From: a virus
Direction: 5' to 3' (one strand)
DNA: 64,000 bases
IMG/VR virus record: IMGVR_UViG_3300042883_000874
Span: 1-64,000 of that record
In this document: one piece after another, positions 1 to 10,191 of the stretch
Numbering within the stretch: the first letter of the stretch is position 1
How the letters are laid out: the number at the start of each line of letters is the position of its first letter
The notes under the pieces: model-generated
What the model was told of the DNA's origin: nothing
The model's database searches: none
Seen by the model: only the letters and a program-made list of their open reading frames with translations
Position numbers and translations under genes: made by a program

Positions 1-1346
1 CTGGTATGATTACAACAGGTACATTTATTGCAGCAGGTTCAGTGGGTGATCTTGATCAATGTGATCCATTAAGAAAGATGATCTTACATCCAGAAGCTAA
101 TGATATATTTTATGTAGAGTCTAACTTGCTTGATGCTAAAGATACTTTTGGTAGATCTGGCTTATTTATTCCTGAGCAATGGTCAATGCCACCATGTGTG
201 GATGAGTTTGGTAATTCTCAAGTAGAGGAAGCTTTAAAAATGCTAGATGAATACTTTGATAGAAAGAAAAAAGATTTAGCTCCGGAAGAATATCAATTAG
301 AGTTGTCTCAGCATCCTAGAAATATTGAAGAGGCTTTTGCTACAAGAACTGTATCCATATTTCCTAGTCATCTGGTTGCTGCTCAGAAGAGAAGAATTGA
401 GGAAAAAGAATATGTAACTGAATTCCTAGAACTTAACAAGAATGCTGATGGAACTTTTGTTGCAGAAAAAAGTAGAAAGATTCCTATTACTGAATTCCCT
501 ATCACTAAGAATACTGAAGATAAAACAGGTGTGATTGTAGTTTATGAGAGGCCTATTAAAGATGCTAAATGGGGAACTTATTATGCTTCTATTGACCCGG
601 TGGCTCAAGGTAAGACTACTAGTTCAGACTCTTTGTGTTCTATTTATGTATATAAGATTCCTGTTGAAGTAACTAGAAAAGATGCTGCTGAAGTAACCAC
701 TCATATAGAACAAGATAAAATTGTAGCTTCCTGGTGTGGAAGGTTTGATGATGTTAATAAGACACATGAGAGGTTAGAACATATCATTGAGTGGTATAAT
801 GCTTGGACATTAGTTGAAAGCAATGTTCCTGGATTTATCACTCATATGGTTAAGCAGAGAAAACAGAAGTATCTGGTTCCTAAAGACCAGATGACCTTTA
901 GAAAAGATATAGAGTATGTTAATTCTACATACCAAGAATATGGTTGGAGAAATACAGGTAGTATATTTAAAGCTCACATGCTTCCTTATCTTGTAGATTT
1001 CTGTAGAGAAGAACTAGATACTGAAGTTGGAGAAGATGGAAAGATATATAAAACTATTTATGGCATTGAAAGAATTCCTGATATAATGGCTATGGTAGAG
1101 ATGCAACATTATAGAGATGGTCTCAATGTGGATAGGTTAATTGCACTAGGAGCATTAATTGCTTTTGCAAAAGTGCAAGAGGCAAACAGAGGAGTAATGA
1201 AAAGATTTGAAGATACAGGTAAAAAAAGCTTGGATAATTCAAAAAATTTGTATAAATTTACTAACAGCCCTTTCAGACATATGGGAAAGAATTCTGGAGG
1301 AACTGATAGAAGACCACCAAGAACACCATTTAAAAATTTAAAATAA
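1..1346 (+). CDS. terL: Terminase large subunit, C-terminal part (starts before the window)
   Basis: Frame is open upstream of ATG 6. RNase H-like nuclease motifs (YASIDP..., LVESN, NVDRLIA). Lies directly upstream of the portal gene. Confidence 0.9.
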   Translation, partial: GMITTGTFIAAGSVGDLDQCDPLRKMILHPEANDIFYVESNLLDAKDTFGRSGLFIPEQWSMPPCVDEFGNSQVEEALKMLDEYFDRKKKDLAPEEYQLELSQHPRNIEEAFATRTVSIFPSHLVAAQKRRIEEKEYVTEFLELNKNADGTFVAEKSRKIPITEFPITKNTEDKTGVIVVYERPIKDAKWGTYYASIDPVAQGKTTSSDSLCSIYVYKIPVEVTRKDAAEVTTHIEQDKIVASWCGRFDDVNKTHERLEHIIEWYNAWTLVESNVPGFITHMVKQRKQKYLVPKDQMTFRKDIEYVNSTYQEYGWRNTGSIFKAHMLPYLVDFCREELDTEVGEDGKIYKTIYGIERIPDIMAMVEMQHYRDGLNVDRLIALGALIAFAKVQEANRGVMKRFEDTGKKSLDNSKNLYKFTNSPFRHMGKNSGGTDRRPPRTPFKNLK

Positions 1347-1352
1347 AAAAAT

Positions 1353-4121
1353 ATGCAAGTTCTTAATGCAATGCAGATGAAGTCAGGCAAGAAAGCCGAG
1401 TATAATAGAATGGGTTCTATTACACAGCCTCTGCAGTTTTTATCAAAGAAAGATAAAAATCCTGAGTGGACAGCCTGGAATCTTGACTGGTTAGAGTGGA
1501 ATGGACTTAAACAGATCAGAAGAAATGCTAGAAGGTTAATGAAAAACTACAAACTAGCTAAAGGTACTATTGATAAAACTGATTATCTTGTAGAAGCTGA
1601 CAATGAGATGAGAGACATAGTTGACTCTTTAGCTCAAGAAGATGCTAGTGCTTTAGAGCTTAAGTTCTATCCTATTATCCCAAATGTGGTTAATGTACTA
1701 GTTGCTGAGTTTGCTAAAAGAAATACTAAGATCACCTTCCGTGGTGTAGATGAGTACTCTCATAATGAGATGCTTGAAGAAAAGAGATCACAAATTGAAC
1801 AAGTCTTAATGCAAAAAGCTGAACAAAAGCTTATGGCTAAGATGATAGATCAAGGTATGGATCCTGAAGATCCTGAAGTTCAAGAACAAATGCAACAACA
1901 AACTTCTCCAGAAGCTCTTAAATCTTTACCAGAAATACAAAACTTTTTTGATAAAAGTTATAAAAGCTTATGTGAACAATGGGCTACTCATCAGTTTAAG
2001 ATTGATGAAGATAGATTTAGAATGGATGAACTTGAGGAAAGAGGCTTTAGAGATATGCTTATTACTGACCGTGAGTTCTGGCACATGAAGATGAATGAAG
2101 ATGATTATGATATTGAGTTATGGAATCCTGTAACTACATTCTATCATAAGTCACCTGATGCAAGATATATATCTCAAGGAAACTGGGTAGGTAAAATTGA
2201 AATGTTAACTATTGCAGATGTTATTGATAAGTATGGTTACTTAATGACACAAGAACAATTAGAGTCAATAGAAGCAATTTATCCTGTAAGATCTGCAGGT
2301 TACCCATTACAAGGTTACCAAAATGATGGATCTTATTATGATGCTACTAAGTCTCATGAGTTTAATACTAACATGCCGGGCTTAGCCTACAGACAATTTG
2401 TATCTATGTATGATAACTTTATCTACAATGGTGGAGATATTGTTAACTGGATCATGTCAGAGAATGAAGATTATGCTCCTATGGGTGCAGCCTTTTTATT
2501 AAGAGCAACTACAGCATATTGGAAATCTCAAAGAAAAGTTGGACACTTAACTAAAATTAATGAAGAAGGTGAAGTAATAACTGACATCATTGGAGAAGAA
2601 TATAAGATCACTGATAAACCTATTTATGATACTACATTAATCAAGAATAAAACTAAAGATAACTTAATCTTTGGTGAGCATATTGATTGGGTATGGATTA
2701 ATCAAGTTTGGGGTGGTGTAAAAATTGGACCTAATCATCCATCTTTCTGGGGTATGAACAACCCAGGTGGTATTAATCCTATGTACTTAGGTGTTGATAG
2801 AAATACTATTGGGCCATTAAAGTTCCAATTTAAAGGAGATAATACTCTTTATGGTTGTAAACTTCCTGTAGAAGGAGCTGTATTTAATGATAGAAATACT
2901 AGATCTACTTCTATGGTAGATTTAATGAAGCCTTTTCAAATTGGATACAACATTGTTAATAATCAAATTGCAGATATTCTAGTAGATGAATTAGGTACTG
3001 TAATCATGTTAGATCAAAATGCATTACCTCAACATTCATTAGGTGAAGACTGGGGTAAGAACAACTTGGCCAAAGCTTATGTTGCAATGAAGAACTTCCA
3101 AATGTTACCTTTAGATACTAGTATAACCAATACAGAGAATGCTTTAAACTTTCAACATTTTCAAGTAATGAACTTAGAACAAACTCAAAGGATGTTATCT
3201 AGGATTCAAATGGCTAACTATTTTAAACAACAATGCTTTGAAGTGATAGGGATTACTCCTCAGAGACTTGGACAACAAATGGGTCAAACTGATACAGCTA
3301 AAGGAGTAGAACAAGCTATGGCCGGTTCTTATGCTCAAACAGAAGTATACTTTATGCAGCATTCAGATTACCTAATGCCAAGAGTACACCAAATGAGAAC
3401 TGACTTAGCTCAATACTATCATTCAAAGAAACCATCATTAAGACTTCAATATATGAGCTCTACTGATGAGAAGGTTAACTTTGAGATGAATGGTACTGAC
3501 TTGTTACTTAGAGACATAAACATTTATTGTACAACCAAAGCTAATCAAAGAGCTATCTTAGAGCAAATGAAACAATTAGCTGTATCTAATAACACAGCTG
3601 GTGCTTCTATCTATGATCTTGGTAATATCATGCAAACTGAATCTTTAGGAGAGCTTACAAACTCATTAAAAGCTATTGAGAGAAAAGCTACAGAACAAAG
3701 ACAAGAACAAATGCAGCATGAGCAAGAAATGCAACAGCAAGAAATGCAAACTAGAATTCAAGAAAAACAACTTGAACTTGATTCTAAAATGCAAGAGGCT
3801 GAGAAAGATAGAAGAAAAGATATCCTTGTTGCTGAGATTAAGTCTGCAGGCTTTGGTGCTATGCAAGATATTAATGAAAACAAGCAATCTGATTACATGG
3901 ATTCTCTTGCTCAAATTCAAAAGTCTGAACAATTTCAAGATACTATGAACTTACAAAGCTCTAAAGAGTCTAATAGAATGACTAATGATAGAGAGAAAGC
4001 TCAAATTGAAAGAGAAAAAATGCAAGCAGATATGAGAATGAAGCAAATGGATATGGATATAGCCAGAGAAAATAAGAACAAATTTGATGTAAAAAGCAAA
4101 AGTGATAAAAAGAAAAAATAG
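1353..4121 (+). CDS. Portal protein (crAss-like)
   Basis: 922 aa between terminase and scaffold/MCP genes. FYPIIPNVVNVL and GITPQRLGQ segments and a long Gln/Glu-rich helical C-terminus are typical of crAss-like portals. Confidence 0.88.
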   Translation: MQVLNAMQMKSGKKAEYNRMGSITQPLQFLSKKDKNPEWTAWNLDWLEWNGLKQIRRNARRLMKNYKLAKGTIDKTDYLVEADNEMRDIVDSLAQEDASALELKFYPIIPNVVNVLVAEFAKRNTKITFRGVDEYSHNEMLEEKRSQIEQVLMQKAEQKLMAKMIDQGMDPEDPEVQEQMQQQTSPEALKSLPEIQNFFDKSYKSLCEQWATHQFKIDEDRFRMDELEERGFRDMLITDREFWHMKMNEDDYDIELWNPVTTFYHKSPDARYISQGNWVGKIEMLTIADVIDKYGYLMTQEQLESIEAIYPVRSAGYPLQGYQNDGSYYDATKSHEFNTNMPGLAYRQFVSMYDNFIYNGGDIVNWIMSENEDYAPMGAAFLLRATTAYWKSQRKVGHLTKINEEGEVITDIIGEEYKITDKPIYDTTLIKNKTKDNLIFGEHIDWVWINQVWGGVKIGPNHPSFWGMNNPGGINPMYLGVDRNTIGPLKFQFKGDNTLYGCKLPVEGAVFNDRNTRSTSMVDLMKPFQIGYNIVNNQIADILVDELGTVIMLDQNALPQHSLGEDWGKNNLAKAYVAMKNFQMLPLDTSITNTENALNFQHFQVMNLEQTQRMLSRIQMANYFKQQCFEVIGITPQRLGQQMGQTDTAKGVEQAMAGSYAQTEVYFMQHSDYLMPRVHQMRTDLAQYYHSKKPSLRLQYMSSTDEKVNFEMNGTDLLLRDINIYCTTKANQRAILEQMKQLAVSNNTAGASIYDLGNIMQTESLGELTNSLKAIERKATEQRQEQMQHEQEMQQQEMQTRIQEKQLELDSKMQEAEKDRRKDILVAEIKSAGFGAMQDINENKQSDYMDSLAQIQKSEQFQDTMNLQSSKESNRMTNDREKAQIEREKMQADMRMKQMDMDIARENKNKFDVKSKSDKKKK

Positions 4122-4131
4122 GGGATAGCCA

Positions 4132-4162
4132 TATACTGCCAATTATTTTAATAGGCAGTGTA
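4132..4162 (+). terminator. Hairpin after portal gene (possible terminator or processing site)
   Basis: tatactgcc...ggcagtgta inverted repeat. No clean U-tract follows. Confidence 0.45.
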
Positions 4163-4195
4163 GAAAAATCTTAATTTTTAAAGTTTATTTCTGTA

Positions 4196-4213
4196 AATTT
4201 GCTTATATTATAA
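4196..4213 (+). promoter_or_regulatory. Putative promoter (variant of the TTTTGTATATTT motif)
   Basis: aatttgcttatattataa in the intergenic gap before the scaffold gene. Confidence 0.45.
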
Positions 4214-4230
4214 TATTAAACCAACCCAAT

Positions 4231-5508
4231 ATGACAAACAAAGATAACACAACAGTTAATGAAGTAGATATTAATCTTGATGAGCTGTTAGGTACACCGG
4301 GTGCTGAAAACATCACTGTGCCACAAACTAAAACTGAACAAAAGCCTAACCTCTTTTCTAGGAAGGAGAATGTAGACTTATCGTTCCTTGACAATAATGA
4401 TGATGATGATGATGAAAATACATCTGACACCAGCTCAAAAGCTGAAGATGAAGGAAATGCTTCTACTTCAGGAGAGACTAATAAGCCTAAAGAAAAAATC
4501 AGCAAAGAAGAGTTTGAAAGTATTCTTGATGATGGGTCTGAAGAGTCTACAGAAACTACTAAAAAAGGTGGTAGACATAATGGCCTAGTAGAGTTAACTA
4601 ACAAGTTAATTGAAAAAGGGTTATTAACTCCCTTTGAAGGTGAAGAAGATGTAACTAAATATAATCTTAAAGATTTTGAAGAGTTATTTGAAGCTAATAC
4701 AAATGATAAAACTATAAAAACTAAAGAAGATGTATCTGCTGAGTTCTTTGAATCTTTACCTAATGAACTTCAAGTAGCTGCTCACTATGTAGCTAATGGT
4801 GGTACTGATCTAAAAAGTTTATTTAGATCTTTAGCAGCAGTAGAAGAAATTAGAGAGTTAGATACTAAAGATGAAACTAGCCAAGAACAAATTGTTAGAA
4901 GCTATTTACATGCTACTAATTTTGGTGATGCTGATGAAATTGAAGAAGAGATTGAAGCTTGGAAAGATAGAGATGAGTTAGAAGCTAAAGCTAATAAATT
5001 CAAACCTAAGTTAGATGCTATGCAGGAGCAAATTGTTGCTAGACAATTACAGCAACAAGAGCAAATGAGAAAACAACAACAAGCTCAGGCTCAGAAGTAT
5101 ACAGATAATATTTATAAAGCTCTTGCACCAGGTGAATTAAATGGATTGAAACTTGATAAGAAAACTCAGAATACTTTATTTGCTGGTTTAACTCAAGCTA
5201 ACTATCCATCAATGTCTGGTAGAGCTACAAATTTATTAGGTCATCTACTAGAAAAATACCAATATGCAGAACCAAATCATGAATTGATTAGTGAAGCTCT
5301 TTGGTTATTATCTGATCCTGATGGATACAGAAGTAAAGTAAAAGAAGGTGGGAAAAAAGAAGCTGTAGAAAAAACAGTAAGACAACTTAAAACTGAGCAA
5401 AGTAATAAAATTACTTCAGGTGTAGGAAGTGAAGATCATGATTCTCAAGAAAAAAGAAAAACAACAGGAGTTGCAAGACCTACAGGTGGCAGCTTCTTTA
5501 AAAGATAA
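4231..5508 (+). CDS. Acidic scaffold-like head assembly protein (crAssphage gene 77 position)
   Basis: 425 aa, very acidic disordered N-terminus then coiled coil. Lies between portal and MCP. Confidence 0.7.
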   Translation: MTNKDNTTVNEVDINLDELLGTPGAENITVPQTKTEQKPNLFSRKENVDLSFLDNNDDDDDENTSDTSSKAEDEGNASTSGETNKPKEKISKEEFESILDDGSEESTETTKKGGRHNGLVELTNKLIEKGLLTPFEGEEDVTKYNLKDFEELFEANTNDKTIKTKEDVSAEFFESLPNELQVAAHYVANGGTDLKSLFRSLAAVEEIRELDTKDETSQEQIVRSYLHATNFGDADEIEEEIEAWKDRDELEAKANKFKPKLDAMQEQIVARQLQQQEQMRKQQQAQAQKYTDNIYKALAPGELNGLKLDKKTQNTLFAGLTQANYPSMSGRATNLLGHLLEKYQYAEPNHELISEALWLLSDPDGYRSKVKEGGKKEAVEKTVRQLKTEQSNKITSGVGSEDHDSQEKRKTTGVARPTGGSFFKR

Positions 5509-5558
5509 ACAAACAAATAAATTAATAAGTATAAACTAAAAACAAAAAAACAAAAAAA

Positions 5559-7184
5559 ATGTCAACTCCAGTATTAAACAATGGTATATTCCTACGTGAT
5601 ACAAACTACCAAGCTAGTTCTCATGTGGATTCTTACCACTTAGTAAACATGTTAAAAGATGCAGAACCAATGGATTTAGGTCCAGTGGACATTTGGGCTA
5701 TGTCTCAAAAAGTAGAGATGCCTCTTTACCAATTATCATCTTTTGGTGGTAAGAACATCATCAATGTAGATAATGCACGTGGTGAGTACAAATGGCAAAC
5801 TCCAGTATCTCAAGATTTACCATATATCATGGAAGATATTGAGTCAGGAAATGCTACTAAAGGTATTGATGGTACAACCTTCAAAATCAAAATCAACAAG
5901 AGAGAATTTGGACATGGTGATATCATCACTTATGACAAATACAATGGTGTTGAGATGTACATTACAGCTGATGATATCTTACCAATGGGTGATGGTTTTA
6001 TCTACACTGTACAATTAGTAAACAATGATAACTACAAGTTTTTAGAGAACAAGTATTTAGTTCCTCAAACTAAGTTATTTAGAAAAGGTTCTGCTAGAGG
6101 TGAGTATGGAGAAAGATTCTCTGATATTCAAACTAGATCAGGGTTCCGTGAATTCTATAACTTTGTAGGTGGTGCTGAAGCTCATGTACATTATTCAATC
6201 TCTTCAAGAGCTGACTTAATGTTAAAAGGTGGAATGAATGCAGATGGTACAGTTCCTGTAACTGAGATCTGGAGAAACTTTGATAAGAATGTAGATCCTT
6301 CTATTTCTAAAATTGAAGATGTTGCATCTAAGATGGGTAAAGACTACATGAAGCGTGCAGTAGGAAATGGTACTTTAACAAGAACTTTCTTAACTAGCAT
6401 GGAATCTGCTCACTTAACTAAAATTGCTACTGACATTGAAACTTACTTAATGTGGGGTCATGGTGGTAGAATTAAGCAAGATGGTCCAGATGATATGAGA
6501 TTATCTGTAGGTTTATGGAAACAGTTAGATAACTCTTACAAAAGAGTATATAACAAATCTAGTTTCAGCTTAGAGTTGTTCAGAAGTGAATTATATAACT
6601 TCTATGCAGGTCGTGTTGAATTCCAAGGTCCAGATCCTAAGAGACAATTAATTGTTCAAACAGGTATGGGTGGTATGAGATTAGTAAATGAGGCTATCAA
6701 GCGTGAAGCTGTTAACTCTGGTTTAGTAATCCAAGCTGCAAGCAACAATGGTATTGGTGCTATCTCTGGTCAAGGAATGGACTTAAACTTTGGATTTGCT
6801 TTCACATCTTATGTGATTCCATTCTTAGCAAATGTGAAGTTTGTATTAAATCCAGCATTTGATAACTTACATACTAATGATATTGAGAACCCAATTATTG
6901 ATGGTAACCCATTAAGTTCTTACTCATTTGTTATATTTGATATCACTGATACAGGAAATGATAACATCTTCATGTTAAAATTATCTTGGGATAACCAATT
7001 AAAATGGTTCTACCAAAATGGTACTATGGATTACATGGGAAGAACTCAAGGGTTCCAATCAAATGGTAACTTCAATGGATACCGTGTAATGATGACACAA
7101 ACAATGCCAGCTATTTGGGTTAAAGATCCAACTAAGGTGTTAAAGATTGTAATGAGAAACCCAATCACTGGAGGATCATTCTAG
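5559..7184 (+). CDS. Major capsid protein
   Basis: 541 aa at the canonical position. ETYLMWG, VGLWKQL and terminal IWVKDPTK segments resemble crAss-like MCPs. A-rich leader. Confidence 0.88.
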   Translation: MSTPVLNNGIFLRDTNYQASSHVDSYHLVNMLKDAEPMDLGPVDIWAMSQKVEMPLYQLSSFGGKNIINVDNARGEYKWQTPVSQDLPYIMEDIESGNATKGIDGTTFKIKINKREFGHGDIITYDKYNGVEMYITADDILPMGDGFIYTVQLVNNDNYKFLENKYLVPQTKLFRKGSARGEYGERFSDIQTRSGFREFYNFVGGAEAHVHYSISSRADLMLKGGMNADGTVPVTEIWRNFDKNVDPSISKIEDVASKMGKDYMKRAVGNGTLTRTFLTSMESAHLTKIATDIETYLMWGHGGRIKQDGPDDMRLSVGLWKQLDNSYKRVYNKSSFSLELFRSELYNFYAGRVEFQGPDPKRQLIVQTGMGGMRLVNEAIKREAVNSGLVIQAASNNGIGAISGQGMDLNFGFAFTSYVIPFLANVKFVLNPAFDNLHTNDIENPIIDGNPLSSYSFVIFDITDTGNDNIFMLKLSWDNQLKWFYQNGTMDYMGRTQGFQSNGNFNGYRVMMTQTMPAIWVKDPTKVLKIVMRNPITGGSF

Positions 7185-7192
7185 TCAAACTT

Positions 7193-7285
7193 GTACAAGG
7201 CCAGGGTTATAAACATCCTGGCCACATGTACTTCCTCCCATATTAAGTGTAAGACTTTTGTTGAGCTCGCAACTCATATATGGGA
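7193..7285 (+). other. Two structured RNA elements downstream of MCP
   Basis: Hairpin gtaca-ggccagg...cctggcc-tgtac (7193-7231). Second stem tcccatat...atatggga (7236-7285) encloses two small hairpins. Confidence 0.55.
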
Positions 7286-7319
7286 CAAATAAATATAAAC
7301 TAAAACTAAAATTAAAACA

Positions 7320-7904
7320 ATGAATATTCCTTTATTAACTGCTACAAAAAATAGAATTTTCAATACACTAATTGGTGCAAATAAATTAGCAACTTTAGAA
7401 GATATTAATAATGTAACTCAGTATATTAATAATACTGTAGCTTATGTTAACTATGCTTATTTAATAACTAATCCTGGTGGAGAACAAGGTGGTCCATACA
7501 TAACTTCTCATCTTTATGGAGATGGTTGTGATACAACTTGTACTTGTCCTAAAATGCCTGCTGATATTGGTTGTGATTGTACACATAAAGCAGGCTGTAA
7601 TGATAATAAACAGTCACCTTTTATAATAAAAAGTTTTACAGAAGGAGCTCCTGGTATTTATCAACTTGTTATTGGAACTAAATATATATCAGCAAATGGA
7701 ATAGGAGTATTTTTTTCAAACCCTAAACATGGTAAATATTCTGTAGGTTGTAATTTAAATGAAATTGTTAGAGTAGGTCTTTATGATGAATATAGTTATA
7801 CAATTACTACTTGGAATAGTTTAACACAATCTTTAGATGCTACAGTTATTGATAACATGTATATTAACTTACAAATTTATACTGGTCAAGATAAACTAAT
7901 TTAG
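7320..7904 (+). CDS. Hypothetical protein with a central Cys cluster (possible head decoration)
   Basis: 194-aa ORF containing CDTTCTC...GCDC...GC. Follows MCP. Confidence 0.6.
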   Translation: MNIPLLTATKNRIFNTLIGANKLATLEDINNVTQYINNTVAYVNYAYLITNPGGEQGGPYITSHLYGDGCDTTCTCPKMPADIGCDCTHKAGCNDNKQSPFIIKSFTEGAPGIYQLVIGTKYISANGIGVFFSNPKHGKYSVGCNLNEIVRVGLYDEYSYTITTWNSLTQSLDATVIDNMYINLQIYTGQDKLI

Positions 7905-7971
7905 TAAATTTTTACTTTATCCAAATAAATTATTACCTTTACATAAACATAAACCAACAAAAAACCAACAC

Positions 7972-8988
7972 ATGAGTTATTCAATTGTATCATTAGCTGA
8001 AACAGCAAAAACTGGCAGTATATCTGTTAAACCGTTCTTTGACCCTAACAAATCTAATCTAGGCCTTGAAAAATATGGCATGGCTTTGTTTGATGGGGTA
8101 TTTCATGAAGAACAATTAGCATGTATAGAAAGAAATGGGATTAAGAGATACTTAACAGGATTAAATGAATTTGCTCCTGAAGTAAAATTAATTAAAGATC
8201 CAGAAGAGAGAGAAGCAAAAATTAAAGAGATTAGAAAAGTTGTATCAGAACTTGAAAGAGAGTTAGCTGCAAATATGGTTAATCCTGAAGATCCTGATTT
8301 CTGGAATAAAGTTGTTTTGTTACAACCTAACAATGATGATTTTTGGAGTAAGCTAACTATCAGATGTGGTAATGAACCATTATACTTAGATCCTACTAAA
8401 GATGCATTAGATCTTATTAAGATTTATGCAATTGAAAATGGTGGTTTCTCTTTAATCTCAAAAAGTTTTGATGATGCAAGAAGTAGATCAGTAGCTCCTA
8501 AGTTTTATTTAGATAAATTTGTTGATACAGTTTCTACTAAAACTGAAGTTAGTAAATTAAGAAACAAAGCTGTCTCTGAACTTACTAAGTTATTTGATAA
8601 GAATCAAAACAAGTTATTCTATGTAGCAAAAGCTGTAGATGCTAATAGTGTTCAATATAAGAAATCTACTCCTAATGATGTTGTTTATGATAACATGGAT
8701 AAGTATATCAGAGGAGAAGGTGTTGAATCAAATATCAAGAGAGCTGCACAACAGTTTATTGATGCTTGTAATTTAGATATGGAAACATTGAAAATTAAAG
8801 CTTTAGTTAAAGATTCAACTTATTACAAATTCATTATTGCCAAGTCTGATGGTTTTATTTACCATACTGAGACAAGTGCACTAATGGGAAGAACTGCAGC
8901 TGACTGTATAGAGTTTTTAAAGAATCCTTTAAATGACAGTATTCTATTACAGTTAACTAAAACAGTTGAGAGATATTGGAATGCATAA
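7972..8988 (+). CDS. Conserved head-module protein (crAssphage gene 75 position)
   Basis: 338 aa, helical C-terminal half. Assignment is by synteny after MCP. Confidence 0.6.
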   Translation: MSYSIVSLAETAKTGSISVKPFFDPNKSNLGLEKYGMALFDGVFHEEQLACIERNGIKRYLTGLNEFAPEVKLIKDPEEREAKIKEIRKVVSELERELAANMVNPEDPDFWNKVVLLQPNNDDFWSKLTIRCGNEPLYLDPTKDALDLIKIYAIENGGFSLISKSFDDARSRSVAPKFYLDKFVDTVSTKTEVSKLRNKAVSELTKLFDKNQNKLFYVAKAVDANSVQYKKSTPNDVVYDNMDKYIRGEGVESNIKRAAQQFIDACNLDMETLKIKALVKDSTYYKFIIAKSDGFIYHTETSALMGRTAADCIEFLKNPLNDSILLQLTKTVERYWNA

Positions 8989-9019
8989 TATTAATAATTA
9001 AAACTAAAAAATAAATATC

Positions 9020-9190
9020 ATGGCTGGACAAATGAAAACCGCAAACACTTTTCCTGTAGTAGTAACAACTCCTACAAGATACAAAGGAGGTATGAATGCA
9101 TACCCTATAGTAGTAACTAATCCAACAAGATACACTGGAGGCATGAACATTGCTGCATGTGATGTACCTAATGGTAAATTAAAAAAATAA
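9020..9190 (+). CDS. 56-aa protein with two 17-aa repeats (not in ORF track)
   Basis: MAGQMKTANTFPVVVTTPTRYKGGMNAYPIVVTNPTRYTGGMNIAACDVPNGKLKK*. A-rich leader. Fills the gap between neighbours. Confidence 0.75.
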   Translation: MAGQMKTANTFPVVVTTPTRYKGGMNAYPIVVTNPTRYTGGMNIAACDVPNGKLKK

Positions 9191-9196
9191 GAAAAC

Positions 9197-9394
9197 ATGG
9201 CTGGAACAATGAAATCTGCAAATCCTAAAGCTACTGCAGCTTCTAAAGCTACAGGTAAGCAAGGTGGTACTAATGGCACTGCTAAAGTACAAACTAGTAT
9301 TAAACCTAAATCTTCTGGTGGTGTTAATACACCTCCAAAAGGAGCTGTACCTATGAAGATGAAAATGGGTGGTTCTAAAAAATCTAAGTGTTAA
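9197..9394 (+). CDS. Small Lys-rich protein, probable paralog of 9020 ORF
   Basis: Starts MAGTMKSAN, repeats GGxN, ends MKMGGSKKSKC. Confidence 0.75.
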   Translation: MAGTMKSANPKATAASKATGKQGGTNGTAKVQTSIKPKSSGGVNTPPKGAVPMKMKMGGSKKSKC

Positions 9395-9412
9395 TCTATA
9401 AAAAATAAAAAC

Positions 9413-9829
9413 ATGGCAAAGAAAGTAGTAAAAAAATTAGTTAAAAAAAATTATGGAGGTGTTGATTCAACTCCAGCTAACACTATAAAAGCTAAGCAAA
9501 TAGATATGGATGTAGCACAAAATCCTAACTACAGAAAAACTAGTATTACAAATCCTGCAGGTGAGGCTGTGTATACTCGTAAATCAGGTTATGCTGGTCC
9601 ATCAAAAGCTGTTAAAGGAACTTCTGGTCCAAGTGGAACTTATGCTCCAGATGCTGTTTCAAAAAAGGCTGTTATTCCAACTGCAACTTATAGTAATAGA
9701 CCTGTGGCAAAAAAAGGTGGAGCAACTTCTAAGTTTGCTAAGTTAGCACCTCCTTATAATAAAGTAACATTTGCAGATAAAATTGCAGGTGCTAAGAAAA
9801 AAATGGGTGGTTCAACTAAAAAGAAATAA
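9413..9829 (+). CDS. Small Lys-rich protein with xxxGG motifs
   Basis: 138 aa with KNYGG, AKKGG and KKMGG. Ends KKK. Confidence 0.75.
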   Translation: MAKKVVKKLVKKNYGGVDSTPANTIKAKQIDMDVAQNPNYRKTSITNPAGEAVYTRKSGYAGPSKAVKGTSGPSGTYAPDAVSKKAVIPTATYSNRPVAKKGGATSKFAKLAPPYNKVTFADKIAGAKKKMGGSTKKK

Positions 9830-9831
9830 TC

Positions 9832-10032
9832 ATGGCAAAAATTAAAGTAGCCTTAAGTGGCCCTGACAGACAATGGGAAATTGAAGATGCAATGAGAACT
9901 CTTCAAAGAGCTGAAGCTATCCGTAAAGATAAAGCTTTAATGGGAGGTGTTAAAAAATCTATGGACTCATTAAACAAAATGATGTTTGGTGGATCACCTA
10001 AACCTACAGTTAAAACAACTAAAAAGAAATAG
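9832..10032 (+). CDS. Small Lys-rich protein
   Basis: 66 aa, tightly packed with neighbours, ends TKKK. Confidence 0.7.
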   Translation: MAKIKVALSGPDRQWEIEDAMRTLQRAEAIRKDKALMGGVKKSMDSLNKMMFGGSPKPTVKTTKKK

Positions 10033-10034
10033 TA

Positions 10035-10187
10035 ATGCCTGCTGAAAAGAAAGACAAGAAGTGGATTCAAAAAGCAGTTAATCCTGCTCATAAGGGTTAT
10101 TGTACTCCAATGACTAAAGCTACTTGTACACCAAAGAGAAAAGCTTTGGCAATTACTTTTAAAAAAATGGCTAAAGCTAAAAAATAA
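10035..10187 (+). CDS. 50-aa basic protein (not in ORF track)
   Basis: MPAEKKDKKWIQKAVNPAHKGYCTPMTKATCTPKRKALAITFKKMAKAKK*. Fills the gap exactly. Confidence 0.75.
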   Translation: MPAEKKDKKWIQKAVNPAHKGYCTPMTKATCTPKRKALAITFKKMAKAKK

Positions 10188-10191
10188 AACT

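Noticed and set aside
4396-4416. (GAT)n microsatellite
   Set aside because: It only encodes a poly-Asp run in an acidic disordered region.
9004-9279. 91-aa minus-strand ORF with an internal repeat
   Set aside because: It is the antisense image of the plus-strand 9020 and 9197 genes, which have A-rich leaders and fit the operon.
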